The notes under the pieces: model-generated | The model's input: only the letters and a program-made list of their open reading frames with translations | What the model was told of the DNA's origin: nothing | Database searches by the model: none | Translations under genes and position numbers: made by a program | Shown here: positions 1 to 9,779 of the stretch, piece after piece | How the letters are laid out: every line of letters starts with the position of its first letter | Numbering within the stretch: the first letter of the stretch is position 1 | Source: Candidatus Latescibacterota bacterium | Lineage (GTDB): Bacteria > Latescibacterota > UBA2968 > UBA8231 | Length of the DNA: 64,000 nucleotides | NCBI GenBank assembly: GCA_965206595.1 | Contig: OZ242214.1 | Location: forward strand, 4,128,001-4,192,000 | Reading direction: 5' to 3'

Positions 1-347
1 TGCCGCTCGAGGGTGCGCTCGGCCGCGGCGGGATCGCCGGCGAGATTGAGGTAGGCGACCATGTAGGAAGGCCGCTCCGCCTGCGTCGCCTCGACCTGGG
101 CGGACACCCACTCGGTCTCCGAGACCGTGTCCACCGCGGCCCCCCCCTCCATCTGGCCGACCACGGTTTCGACGTGGATCCGGGAAACCAGGTTCAGCCG
201 CGGCGGCAGGGTGGCGGCGTCGGCGTCGTAGTCCGCGGCCCGGTAGGCCCGCAGCAGCTCTTCGGCTTCGGGACCGAGGTTCGGGTTGGGGCGGTCGTCG
301 AGGTCCCACATGTGGAAGTGGGGATCGCACAGCGGCAGGGTATTCAT
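1..347 (-). CDS. Amidohydrolase_2 family protein (sugar-lactonase-like); 5' part only, runs off the window start
   Basis: Manual translation from ATG at 347 (RBS GAGGAG upstream): MNTLPLCDPHFHMWDLDDRPNPNLG...IHVET...ETEWV. The DxHxHxWD metal motif is typical. Absent from the ORF track because it is truncated. Confidence 0.8.
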   Translation of the reverse strand, partial: MNTLPLCDPHFHMWDLDDRPNPNLGPEAEELLRAYRAADYDADAATLPPRLNLVSRIHVETVVGQMEGGAAVDTVSETEWVSAQVEATQAERPSYMVAYLNLAGDPAAAERTLER

Positions 348-415
348 GGCTCTCCTCGTTCGCGTGTTTTCCGCAGCCGGGTTTCAAGGGGCAACGCGGG
401 GTGATCCGCGGCAAC

Positions 416-1546
416 CTACTCGATCACCTCGACGGTCATGTCCTCGATCGCGTTCCAGTCGAGGTCGACCCCGAGACCGGGGGCTTCCGGCATCTCGACG
501 TAACCGTCGGACATGCGCAGGGGGTTCCTGATCGCCGGGTTGGTGTGGCTTTCGAACGGAGGGTGCACCTCGAGCAGGGAACCGTTCTCGATGGCGCCGT
601 TGACGTTGATCGACGAGAACCCCCACATGTGGCCGTGTGCGGACACGTGCAGGGTGGCTCCGAAGGCGAAGGTGAGCTGGGCGAGCTTGAGCATCTCGGT
701 GATTCCCCCCATGTCGATCGCCGGCTTGAGGGCGTCGACCGCCCCCATGGACAGCATCTGCGCGTAGCTGTGCAGCTGGTGGGGGAAGTACTCGCCGGCG
801 ACGACGGGGATCTCCAGGGCGTCTCGCACCTGCTTGTACCCGCTGAAGTCATGGTCGCGCAGCGGTTCCTCGAACCAGGTGAATTCGTGCTCCTCAAGGG
901 CTCTTCCGACCCGGATCGCTTCCTTGACGTCGTAGTAGCCGACGGCGTCGTGCATCAGGTGGAAGTCCGGACCCACGGCATCCCGCAGTTCCCCGGCGAG
1001 CTCGGTCATGAACCTGGGACCGGCGTAGCAGTGGTCCTTGCTTCCGAGGTACCCCTCTTCCTTGACCCGCAGGGCGAAATCGAGGAAGTGGTCCTTCCTC
1101 AGCCCCTCCGGGCCCAGGGTGCCGGACTGGGTCCGGTACGCCGGCACCTTGTCGCGGCAGGCCCCGAGCAGGCGCCAGACCGGCAGGCCGTGCCGCTTGC
1201 CGGCGATGTCCCAGAGGGCGGTGTCGATGGCGCCGCGCAGCTTCTTCGGCGGCCAGGTGAGGCGCTCGAACATCAGCAGGTCGTGCCACAGCCGCTCGCG
1301 CCCGAGGGCGTCGCGGCCGACCAGGTGGTCGGGGAAGCGGGTGGTGATTATGCGCGCGGTCTCCGCGTCGATCTCGTTGCACCAGCCCTCGATGCCGTCC
1401 TCGGTGAGGATCCGGAGCAGGCCGTCGCCGGTGCCGGAGTGCGGATCGTCGAGCATATGTACCTTGAGGGCGGTGATCGGAAGCGGGTCGTAGCCCTCGC
1501 GTTCTACCGGCTGCCAGGGGCCGGCGCTGCGGTTGTCGGTTACCAT
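416..1546 (-). CDS. Mandelate racemase/muconate-lactonizing (enolase superfamily) enzyme, probable acid-sugar dehydratase
   Basis: AIDTALWDIAGK..GLPVWRLLG capping motif; metal ligands in LMHD, WFEEP and AGE; C-terminal PEAPGLGVDLD. Confidence 0.9.
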   Translation of the reverse strand: MVTDNRSAGPWQPVEREGYDPLPITALKVHMLDDPHSGTGDGLLRILTEDGIEGWCNEIDAETARIITTRFPDHLVGRDALGRERLWHDLLMFERLTWPPKKLRGAIDTALWDIAGKRHGLPVWRLLGACRDKVPAYRTQSGTLGPEGLRKDHFLDFALRVKEEGYLGSKDHCYAGPRFMTELAGELRDAVGPDFHLMHDAVGYYDVKEAIRVGRALEEHEFTWFEEPLRDHDFSGYKQVRDALEIPVVAGEYFPHQLHSYAQMLSMGAVDALKPAIDMGGITEMLKLAQLTFAFGATLHVSAHGHMWGFSSINVNGAIENGSLLEVHPPFESHTNPAIRNPLRMSDGYVEMPEAPGLGVDLDWNAIEDMTVEVIE

Positions 1547-1668
1547 TGCAAAACCTCCCTCGGGGAGCTTGGCGGGATCGTGGCAGAAGGGATATACTCA
1601 GGAAAACGCCAATCGGCCGCGCCCGGGAGGGGCGTCCGGCCGCGGACATCGGAACAAGTGAGACGACC

Positions 1669-2442
1669 ATGACCACGACGCTGCCGGCGACATTCCGGAC
1701 CAACGAAGCCTGTGCCGCCGAGCGGGACCTGCGCGTCCAGCTCGCCGCGGCCTACCGGATTTTCGACCACCTCGGCTGGTGCGAGCTGATCTACGGCCAC
1801 ATCTCCATGCGGGTGCCGGGGCTGGAGCACCACTTCCTCATCAACCCGTACGGCCTGCGCTACGACGAGATCACCGCCTCCGGCCTGGTGAAGATCGATC
1901 TCGACGGCAACCTCGTCGAGCCTTCCGAGTACTCCTTCAATCCGGCCGGCTTCGTCATTCACAGCGCCATCCACGAGCACCGGGAAGACGCGCATTGCGT
2001 CATGCACACCCACACCCGCGCCGGCATGGCGGTCGCCGCGCTGGAGTGCGGTCTGCTTCCGGTCAGCATGAACGGGATGAGCTTTCACGGGAACCTCGCC
2101 TACCACGACTTCGAGGGCTCCATGCTCCTGCTCGAGGAGCGGGAGAAGCTGGCCGGCGACCTCGGCAGCGCCGACGCCCTCATCCTGCGCAACCACGGTC
2201 TGCTGTCGGTCGGTCGCACCATCGCCGAGGCCTTCCTCTACCTGTACCGCCTCGAAAGCGCCTGCCGGGTCCAGCTCGACGCCATGGCCTGCGGCCGGCT
2301 GCAGTACCCGCCGCAGGAAGCGGTCGAGCGCTCGGCCCGGCAGATGCGGGAGTTCGCGCGCTGCGCCGCCGACACCGGCCAGCTGGAGTTCGACGCGCTG
2401 GTGCGCCTGGTCGAAGAGAAGGACCCCTCGTTCCGCGGCTAG
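1669..2442 (+). CDS. Class II aldolase/adducin family protein
   Basis: LAAAYR, GHISMR, FLINPYG, IHSAIH, HTHT and LRNHG motifs; start placed at ATG 1669. Confidence 0.9.
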   Translation: MTTTLPATFRTNEACAAERDLRVQLAAAYRIFDHLGWCELIYGHISMRVPGLEHHFLINPYGLRYDEITASGLVKIDLDGNLVEPSEYSFNPAGFVIHSAIHEHREDAHCVMHTHTRAGMAVAALECGLLPVSMNGMSFHGNLAYHDFEGSMLLLEEREKLAGDLGSADALILRNHGLLSVGRTIAEAFLYLYRLESACRVQLDAMACGRLQYPPQEAVERSARQMREFARCAADTGQLEFDALVRLVEEKDPSFRG

Positions 2443-2461
2443 GTGCCCTGCCCCAGGTACG

Positions 2462-2583
2462 CAAGCGTACGAACGCGGGCACCGAAACCCCGGACCCGCG
2501 AGGCGCAGCGTCGTACGGAGTGAGTACGGCGAGCGAAGGCGACGCACCGAGACGGGCGGAAGTCACCCGAAAACTGCGCGCGA
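2462..2583. repeat. Structured intergenic repeat (REP/MITE-like), copy A; related to 27931-28030 in inverted orientation
   Basis: GTACGGCGAGCGAA (2524-2537) matches the reverse complement of 27955-27968 exactly. Flanking GCG.ACGAACG.G.GC.CC and TGCGCGCG motifs are also shared. Confidence 0.5.
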
Positions 2584-2596
2584 AGGCAATCAGGTT

Positions 2597-3259
2597 CTAC
2601 CGTTTGCGCGCCAGCGTCAGGCCGTCCCCGATCGACAGCAGCGACACGTCGACGCGCTCGTCGCGGTGGAGGGCGGCGTTGAGCTCGCGGATGGCCACCG
2701 TATCCTCGTCCACTTCCTCCGGGCGCGCGGGCCGGCCGTTCCAGAGCACGTTGTCGATCAGGATCAGTCCTCCCGGGCGCAGCAACTCGAGGCAGCTCTC
2801 GTAGTACGAACCGTAGTTGACCTTGTCGGCATCGATGAAGGCGAGGTCGTAGCTGCCCGAGGCGCCGGCGTCGAGAAGGGCGGACAAGGTATCGGCCGCC
2901 GGCCCCAGTCGCAGGTCGATCTTGCCGGCCACCCCCGCTTCCTGCCAGTAGCGGCGCGCCGTCGACGTGTACTCCTCGCTTACATCGCAGGCGGTCAGCC
3001 TGCCGGATTCGGGAAGGGCCTGCGCCATGACGAGGGCGCTGTACCCGGTGAAGGACCCGATTTCCAGGATTCGCCTGGCCCCCGTCAGCTTTACGAGCAA
3101 GGCCATGAACTGCCCCTGGTCGGGCGAGATCTGCATCATCCCGCCCGGCATCGCCGCGGTCTCCTCGCGGAGGCGGGCAAGCAGCGGAGTGTCGCGCAGC
3201 GAGTTGGCGAGGATGTAATCGTAGAGCGCGGCGTCTATGTAGTTGTTGCGGCTGCTCAT
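2597..3259 (-). CDS. SAM-dependent O-methyltransferase (caffeoyl-CoA OMT/COMT family)
   Basis: ILEIGSFTGYS, FIDADK and LIDNVLWNG motifs. Confidence 0.92.
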   Translation of the reverse strand: MSSRNNYIDAALYDYILANSLRDTPLLARLREETAAMPGGMMQISPDQGQFMALLVKLTGARRILEIGSFTGYSALVMAQALPESGRLTACDVSEEYTSTARRYWQEAGVAGKIDLRLGPAADTLSALLDAGASGSYDLAFIDADKVNYGSYYESCLELLRPGGLILIDNVLWNGRPARPEEVDEDTVAIRELNAALHRDERVDVSLLSIGDGLTLARKR

Positions 3260-3309
3260 TCCTGCTGCCTTATTTGGTCATTCAACTTTTCGAGGAGCAA
3301 GACATAGAC

Positions 3310-3750
3310 GTGCAACGCTGGATGATCCTGTCATTCCCCATGGCTGTCCTGTTGGGATGCAGCGGGATAGGTGGCCCTGATTACGAACCGTTCGTCGATT
3401 CCTACGTCATTGAGGAAAAAATCAGCGATGAATCGTATCGAGTCTATCGGTTCGATTTGCCGACGAGCGGCAGGGATTTTTCCTTGAGTGGATGGTTCAA
3501 AGTGACCTCCGGGGGGAGTCACGACATCAACGCGTACGTAGTGGACGCAACGGAATTCACCAATTTCCGCAGTGGAAACAATTTTTATCCCCTGTATTCA
3601 CGAAATAGAGTCACCACCGGCCGGTTCGACAATATCCCTCTGTCGCGAGAACGCGGTCCCTTCTATTTCATCTTGAGCAACAGATTTTCTTTGTTCACTG
3701 ACAAGTGGGTTGAAGGCGAAGTTACCTTGCAATACGAGCGGAAAATCTGA
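3310..3750 (+). CDS. Hypothetical lipoprotein, visibly AT-richer than its neighbours
   Basis: GTG start after GAGGAG; hydrophobic leader ending LLG-C; beta-rich mature part. Confidence 0.65.
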   Translation: MQRWMILSFPMAVLLGCSGIGGPDYEPFVDSYVIEEKISDESYRVYRFDLPTSGRDFSLSGWFKVTSGGSHDINAYVVDATEFTNFRSGNNFYPLYSRNRVTTGRFDNIPLSRERGPFYFILSNRFSLFTDKWVEGEVTLQYERKI

Positions 3751-3842
3751 CACCGGCAGCCTCGGGCTGGCTCTGATTGCTTACTGTTCCCAAGCAGCCG
3801 CTAAAAGCCCGGACAAAAAAAGCGATGGAGGCCGCCGGCCGA

Positions 3843-4835
3843 TCACTCCTCGGCGGTGATCTGGTCGTAGAACTTGATGATGTCCCCCCTGTCCTCCGAC
3901 TGGTTGAAGGCCATGCCGGAACGCGGGTGCTCGTTGAGCATTCCCGTAAGCATGTAGGGGTAGTCGTATCCCCACAGCAGCTTGGAGCGCAGCGGCTCGA
4001 TGTGTTCCTGGATGCACTTGAGGATGGGGCGGAGGCGGTACTTCGGGTTGTGGAGAAAGCCGATCAGCAGCTCCATCTGGCAGTTGCCGGCGCCGCGGCC
4101 GAGCCCGGCGACACTGGCGTCGAGCATGTTGGCCCCCTTGACGATCGCCTGCACCGTGTTGGCGAAGGCGAGCTGCTGGTTGTTGTGGCAGTGGATGCCG
4201 ATCTCCTTGCCCGAATCCCTGGTGAAACCGAGGAACTTGCCCATCAGGAATTCGATCTGCTCCCCGTACATCGAACCGAAGCTGTCGACGACGTAGATGC
4301 TGCCGACCGGGGATTCCATCAGCAGGGCAAGGGCCTCGTCCATCTCGTTTTCCTGGACCGTCGACGCCGCCATCAGGTTGAGGGTGGTCTCGTACCCCTT
4401 GTCGTAGGCGTCCCGGATCATGTCCAGCGCCAGCGGTATCTGGTGGATGTAGGTGGCGATGCGGATCATGTCGAGGACGCTCTGGTCGCTCGGCAGGATA
4501 TCCTCCTTGTAATCGCTCTTCTCGGCGTCCGCCATGGCGCACAGCTTGAGGCCGGTGTCGTTGTCGCCGACGATGCGGCGGATGTCCTCTTCGCGGCTGT
4601 GGCGCCAGGGTCCGAACTCGCCCGGCGGGAACTGTTCGCGGGAGTTGATGTAGCCGATCTCCATGTAGTCGACCCCGGCCTCGACGCAGGCGGTGTACAC
4701 GCCGCGGACCACTTCGTCCTCGAACTGGCTGTCGTTCATCAGGCCTCCGTCCCGGATCGTGCAGTCCAGAACGCGGATCTCTTCCCGGTAGGAGATCCAC
4801 TCGGCTACAGGCTGGTGCTGTTCGTTTTCACTCAT
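3843..4835 (-). CDS. HMGL-like (DRE-TIM) aldolase, 4-hydroxy-2-oxovalerate aldolase-like
   Basis: LDCTIRDGG, HCHNNQQLA and GLGRGAGNC motifs. Confidence 0.88.
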   Translation of the reverse strand: MSENEQHQPVAEWISYREEIRVLDCTIRDGGLMNDSQFEDEVVRGVYTACVEAGVDYMEIGYINSREQFPPGEFGPWRHSREEDIRRIVGDNDTGLKLCAMADAEKSDYKEDILPSDQSVLDMIRIATYIHQIPLALDMIRDAYDKGYETTLNLMAASTVQENEMDEALALLMESPVGSIYVVDSFGSMYGEQIEFLMGKFLGFTRDSGKEIGIHCHNNQQLAFANTVQAIVKGANMLDASVAGLGRGAGNCQMELLIGFLHNPKYRLRPILKCIQEHIEPLRSKLLWGYDYPYMLTGMLNEHPRSGMAFNQSEDRGDIIKFYDQITAEE

Positions 4836-4955
4836 CTCTCTTCCCTGAGGTCGGTTGGATTGGGACAAGTGCGTACCTAAAGCCGCACCGCTGGAAAAAA
4901 CGCGAGACAGGAAACATAAAGCAGTTTTCAGCAGGTGATCTATTTGAGAGGTGGC

Positions 4956-5399
4956 TCAGGACAACAGACCGATGCAGCACTTCTTGAACTTCTTGCCGCT
5001 CCCGCATGGGCAGGGATCGTTGCGGCCGACGTTTTCATACGGTTTGCGGTACGTCTCCCCGCGAACGGAGCCGTCATCGCGAAAGCTCTCGGCGTAGCGC
5101 CCCTCGACCTGGGACAGATAGCTCAGCCAGCGTCCTTCCTGCGGCGAATTCCCGGTGGAGGTGACGTACTCGAGAAAGGCGCCGAGCAGTTTCGGGAAGG
5201 CCTTGCGGCTCGCAAGAGGCAGGTCGAGTCTGGCTACTCTCTTCATGCCCGCCTCGAATCCCTCGACGGAAGGGTCCTCGCCGACTTCGTCGCACCAGGC
5301 GGAAAGAAACAGCTCGGCTGTGCGTTTCGATTCGGATTCGAACAGCGCGAACTGTTCCGAGGAGCAATACGGAGAGACCCAGTCGGCAAGCGCGCTCAT
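4956..5399 (-). CDS. SEC-C zinc-binding motif protein
   Basis: C-terminal [19 protein letters not shown]; start uncertain. Confidence 0.8.
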   Translation of the reverse strand: MSALADWVSPYCSSEQFALFESESKRTAELFLSAWCDEVGEDPSVEGFEAGMKRVARLDLPLASRKAFPKLLGAFLEYVTSTGNSPQEGRWLSYLSQVEGRYAESFRDDGSVRGETYRKPYENVGRNDPCPCGSGKKFKKCCIGLLS

Positions 5400-5661
5400 T
5401 CGTTGCTCCGGAGTGACTTCACTCCTCCTCCCAGTCGAGCAGGACCCCCGTCGCTTCTCCCGGTCTGTTGTAGAGCAGGTCGAAGGCAACGGCCGCATTC
5501 CGGTAAGGGAAGCGGTGCGTTCCCGGCTGCGGGATCGGAGCTTCTTCTGAGTTTTCGCCATCGCAGCCGGAGCCGGGAGCATATGGGTTTCCTGACTTTC
5601 GGCGGCCGCGGGGGGGAGCGATGGGGCCATTGGGTGGAGTTGAACGTCATGGCCGCCGATT

Positions 5662-6897
5662 TCAGAAGGTCTTCTTCAGGGCGGCGTCGATCTCGTCCTG
5701 GTAGGTGCTGAGCTCACCGCTCTCCACCTCGCTCATCTTCACCGGACGGCCCGCCACCGAAGACTCGAAGATCGCGTAGACCGCGGCGACGTCCTTCATC
5801 CCCTCGACGCCGTCGACCTCGAGCTGGCGCCCGTTCAGGATCGCATCGCCGAGCTCGAAATACTCCAGGGCAAGCAGCCTGAAGTCGATGTTTTCCCCGG
5901 TCACCTTGTCGGGGAAGAAGTGGGCTGCCAGGGGCTCGAGCTCCAGCTCCCCGGCAGAGGCCATGAGCTCTTCGTACGGGACTTCCTCCTCACCGGTCCT
6001 GACAAGGCAGGTGCTTCCCCCCCGGGTTCCGAAGCCGCGCAGGGCGCCCCCATCGCCGAAGATCATCTCGCCGCCGCAGTCCCCGTGCCCGCCGATGCCG
6101 ACCATCCAGCTTACGAAGGCCCCGCTTTCGAGACGCATGCTGGCGATGGATACGTCCTCGGCAGTGGCCGGGTACTGGGCCGCCATCGCCTCGAGGCGCT
6201 GGCGGTAGAACTCGTTCTGGACTCCGATTCCCTCCGGTTTCCTTCTCACCGGCTCGACGAGGCGCACGTCTCCGTACACCTCCTCGATGTCGCCGAGCTG
6301 GTAGCGGATCAGGTCGGTGAAGTGAACGCCGACGTCGAGGACCATGCCCCCCCGGTCCTTCAGGTGGCGCCACGGAGTGATGAACACACTGTCGCCTCCG
6401 CTCAGGTGGTGGAATGTGGCCATGTACGGGGTGCCGATCCTTCCCTCCCGCAGCAGGTGGTTGACCAGCCTCGCCGAAGGGTCGCGGCGGAAGTTCTCGG
6501 CGACCGACAGCAGACGGCCGTTGCGTTCGGCGGCTTCCATCATCGCCAGGCAACCTTTGACGGTGATCGCCATCGGCTTCTCCACCATGACGTGGAGGCC
6601 GAGGTCGAGGGACTGGCACACCACCTCTTCGTGAAAGCAGGGATCGACGACGACGTCGACGGCCTGCAGCCCGGGCACGGCTGCCGCCATCTCTTCGACG
6701 GAGGTGAAGACGGGGGGCCTGAACCCCATCATCTGTTCGACCTGCGCCGCGGCCATTTCGGCGTTGTCCCGGCTGATGTCGCACAATCCCACCAGCTCGA
6801 TGTTGGCGAATGGGGTGCTCAACAGCTCGTTCAACCCGCTCAGGTGACGGCCGCCCATGCCGCCGCAACCGATCACCGCCAGTTCAGCCTTGTCCAC
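5662..6897 (-). CDS. Gfo/Idh/MocA family oxidoreductase
   Basis: GTG start after AGGAGA; [19 protein letters not shown] and DVGVH motifs. Confidence 0.9.
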   Translation of the reverse strand: MDKAELAVIGCGGMGGRHLSGLNELLSTPFANIELVGLCDISRDNAEMAAAQVEQMMGFRPPVFTSVEEMAAAVPGLQAVDVVVDPCFHEEVVCQSLDLGLHVMVEKPMAITVKGCLAMMEAAERNGRLLSVAENFRRDPSARLVNHLLREGRIGTPYMATFHHLSGGDSVFITPWRHLKDRGGMVLDVGVHFTDLIRYQLGDIEEVYGDVRLVEPVRRKPEGIGVQNEFYRQRLEAMAAQYPATAEDVSIASMRLESGAFVSWMVGIGGHGDCGGEMIFGDGGALRGFGTRGGSTCLVRTGEEEVPYEELMASAGELELEPLAAHFFPDKVTGENIDFRLLALEYFELGDAILNGRQLEVDGVEGMKDVAAVYAIFESSVAGRPVKMSEVESGELSTYQDEIDAALKKTF

Positions 6898-6914
6898 TGA
6901 ATTTCTCCTGTTCG

Positions 6915-7385
6915 CTATGGGTCGGTACGGCTCATTGATCCCGGCTGTGCCAGACGCGCACCCCGAGGCGGACACCGGGACTGCCGTCGGAGCGATAGCG
7001 CGGATATCCTCCGGCCGATTCGTGTCGCCGACCGCGGCGACAGCTCGATCACCCTGGACTCGTCGGCCGCCTCCCAGTCGGTGGCGGCCTTGTCCTCCCA
7101 GCTTATCCACTGGCCGCCTAGCGACTTCATGACCAGCACACCCGTTCCTGCCTCCAGGGATTTCCTCAGCCCCGCCTCCTGGCAGCGGCAGACGTAGTTG
7201 TAGATCACCAGGTCGGCGTCGGCATCCGGGTCGGGGCCGTTGGCGGCGTAGTCCTGCTGGCCTTTCGGGGAATGCTTCTCCCCGGGGGGCGGGTGCCCGA
7301 CGAACCCCTCGTAGTGGGCGAGCAACCCGCCCAGGGCGATGGTGCTCAACTCAAGGTCGGTTCTGCCGAATCGGCGGTACTCCAT
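6915..7385 (-). pseudogene. Internally deleted or degenerate aldo/keto reductase remnant
   Basis: Begins MEYRRFGRTDLELSTIALGG (AKR N-terminus), jumps to YNY...GVLVMKSLGG (mid-AKR), then loses resemblance; only about 156 codons. Confidence 0.65.
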
Positions 7386-7623
7386 CTTGCACTGCCTTTT
7401 TGGGGGTACGCAGTCGAATCGGCGCCAAATGTAGGAACTGAAGCAGGTCAATGCCGCGAAAGCCAGTCTCGGGCCAGGAGCACCGTTTCGAGGCCCCGGC
7501 CGGCGGTGCTCCAATAATCGAGAAAGGTGCGGCAGCCCGGGCGGCCGCAGCCGCAACCCGAAACTGCAGCTCTCCAACCGGTAGTAGAGAGGCAGGGCAT
7601 GTGGGATCAGGTGGTCCCCGGTC

Positions 7624-9534
7624 TCACAGCTCGGGAGGAACCTCCCAGGCTGCGTCGAAACCCCCGGCACCCTCGATGCGGAAGCGGTTCTCCGCGAGGT
7701 CGAATTCCGCGGCGACTCCGTTGGCGAACTCGGTGCGCTGCCAGGAACCTTCCCCGTCGAGGAATCGGTGCGACACCATCTCGGAAAAGGCGACGGCGCG
7801 ATGAAAGGCGCTCCAGCGGACAAGCCACTGCTGTTTGGCGCGCTGCTGCTCGCTACCCCAGTTGGCCATCGGCACGACGGGGTAGGGGAGCCAGTTGTAC
7901 GACGGGGCGGAAGCGAACATCAGCTCGTACAGACGCGGGGTGCGGTCTTTCCACCAGTCGTAGCCCTTGGCGCAGGCGCTGTACCCGCCCCCGGAGAAGC
8001 CGGCCATGAAGCAGTCGTGGAAGACAAGCTGGAACAGCGGCACCGGCCGGCCGATTGGGGCGGAGCAGCCCTGGCTGGGCTCGTTCGACAGCCGGTCGCC
8101 GGCCCAGTCGGTGAAGAAGAAGAAGTCGCACTCCCCGATCGCCCAGAAACGGGCGAGCTCGGCCCCGGGCATGAGGCCGCGGCGCCGGGTCTCGGCGAAA
8201 CAGGCGGTTTCCGCCTCGATGTTGGCGCGCCGCGTCATCCGGTGCGGCGGCGAGAAATCCTCGGGCAGGCCGGCGTGAGCGGCGAAGCCGTCGCAGTACA
8301 TCGCATCCAGCTTGAGCCCGTGGTGCTCCAGCGAGTCGAAGATCATCCCCATGCGCTCGACGGCGTCCCGGCAGCTGAGAAGCCGGCCGCGTCTGCCCTT
8401 GCCGTCGAGGGGGTACCGGTCAGGGTCGTACGCGGCCCCTTCCGGCACCTGCATTCCCGGGTTCACGAACCCCTGAACCAGGCAGCCGAGTTCGCGGAGC
8501 CGGCGCTCGAGCCGCACCAGGGTGCCCCAGCCGCCGGGAACCGGGTCCGGGTGCAGGTAGGCCTGCCAGCCTGCGGTGCAGGAGGTCGGCGTCCCTTCCT
8601 CGGGGGAGTACCCGGCGGGAGACCACTTGGGGAAGAAGAAGTTGATTCCGATTCCATCGTTGCGAAGGCGGCGCACGTCCTCGATCACGGCCTCTCCTTC
8701 GTCGGGGTTCCAGGCCGGCCAGCGGTAGAGGACGTTGCCGGCGTAGCCGCGGATCGCCGGAGTCTGCTCGGCTTTTTCCCGCAGGGGGCGCACCAGACCC
8801 TGACCCGAGGCCTGGTTGCGGAACCATTTCGCCATGCCGGTGTAATCAGTCTTTCCGGCGAACCGCAGGAGCAGCCGCCGCGGGTACGCGAGCCGGCCGA
8901 GGCTGGCCTCCCAGTTGAAGCTGATCGCCGAGAATTCACCGGGAATGTGTTCGGCGGCGACATCGCAGTCCCACCAGGTATCGACGAGGGCGCAGAGCGA
9001 CCGGTCGCCGGCGGCGAGCCCGAACAGCGGCAGAGTCCAGCGGGCTCCCACGAAGCCGCCGGGAGGGGCCGTGCCCGGCAGTTCTTCGCCACAGTCGGCA
9101 GGTATCAGGTACCCCGATCCGTGGGGCAGCAGCATCCAGCCGCCGAGTCCGACCGGCTTCTCGATCCGGTACAGGTCGCGAACGGCAAGGACCGTGCCGG
9201 CCCCTCCGAGCTGCTCCACCTGCACCAGGAGCTCTCCGGCATCGCCGTCGATGCCGAGAAAGAGGCCGACGACGACGTCGGCTCCATCGTATCCCTCCAG
9301 GCGCAGCCGCTGTCCCCGGAAGCGTCCTTCCTCCCAGGATTCGGAGGCGACGTTAGAGGCCGCGGCGAGTGGGGACTCGACACGGCCGCGGCCGTCCGCG
9401 GCTATCAGGCGGGGTGGGAGCCGGCGCGAGCTCTCCCACAGCGGTCGCCCGTCGGCCCGATGGATCGCCATCCGCAACTCGTCGTCGAGGCTGACGCGAA
9501 TGCCGCCTCCTGCCAGGGTGACTTCAGGTATCAT
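7624..9534 (-). CDS. Putative glycoside hydrolase (DUF5696/GH101/GH129-like)
   Basis: 636 aa with DYTGMAKWFR, YCDGF, PVPLFQLVFHDC and a C-terminal HRFL...QRTEFANG..F pattern, as recalled for this group. Confidence 0.6.
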   Translation of the reverse strand: MIPEVTLAGGGIRVSLDDELRMAIHRADGRPLWESSRRLPPRLIAADGRGRVESPLAAASNVASESWEEGRFRGQRLRLEGYDGADVVVGLFLGIDGDAGELLVQVEQLGGAGTVLAVRDLYRIEKPVGLGGWMLLPHGSGYLIPADCGEELPGTAPPGGFVGARWTLPLFGLAAGDRSLCALVDTWWDCDVAAEHIPGEFSAISFNWEASLGRLAYPRRLLLRFAGKTDYTGMAKWFRNQASGQGLVRPLREKAEQTPAIRGYAGNVLYRWPAWNPDEGEAVIEDVRRLRNDGIGINFFFPKWSPAGYSPEEGTPTSCTAGWQAYLHPDPVPGGWGTLVRLERRLRELGCLVQGFVNPGMQVPEGAAYDPDRYPLDGKGRRGRLLSCRDAVERMGMIFDSLEHHGLKLDAMYCDGFAAHAGLPEDFSPPHRMTRRANIEAETACFAETRRRGLMPGAELARFWAIGECDFFFFTDWAGDRLSNEPSQGCSAPIGRPVPLFQLVFHDCFMAGFSGGGYSACAKGYDWWKDRTPRLYELMFASAPSYNWLPYPVVPMANWGSEQQRAKQQWLVRWSAFHRAVAFSEMVSHRFLDGEGSWQRTEFANGVAAEFDLAENRFRIEGAGGFDAAWEVPPEL

Positions 9535-9779
9535 GAGCCAAAAATCTCACCTGCTGCCGGTATCCGTCCAGGTTTATCTCGGGGTAGCCCGCGGCAAGGC
9601 GGACTCGGCCGGTAGTTACATCCGTGAGCAGCAGCCCTTGCCGACGGTTTCCGGGTTCTGCCGTTCCCTCCCGCCTGCCTGGTCCTTACGCACCTCTTTG
9701 CACGGCAGGATCGCACACCGGTCCGAGGCCGACTTTCATGCTGCCGTCCCGCAGGGAGAATCCCGGCCGGGTTGCTGTA

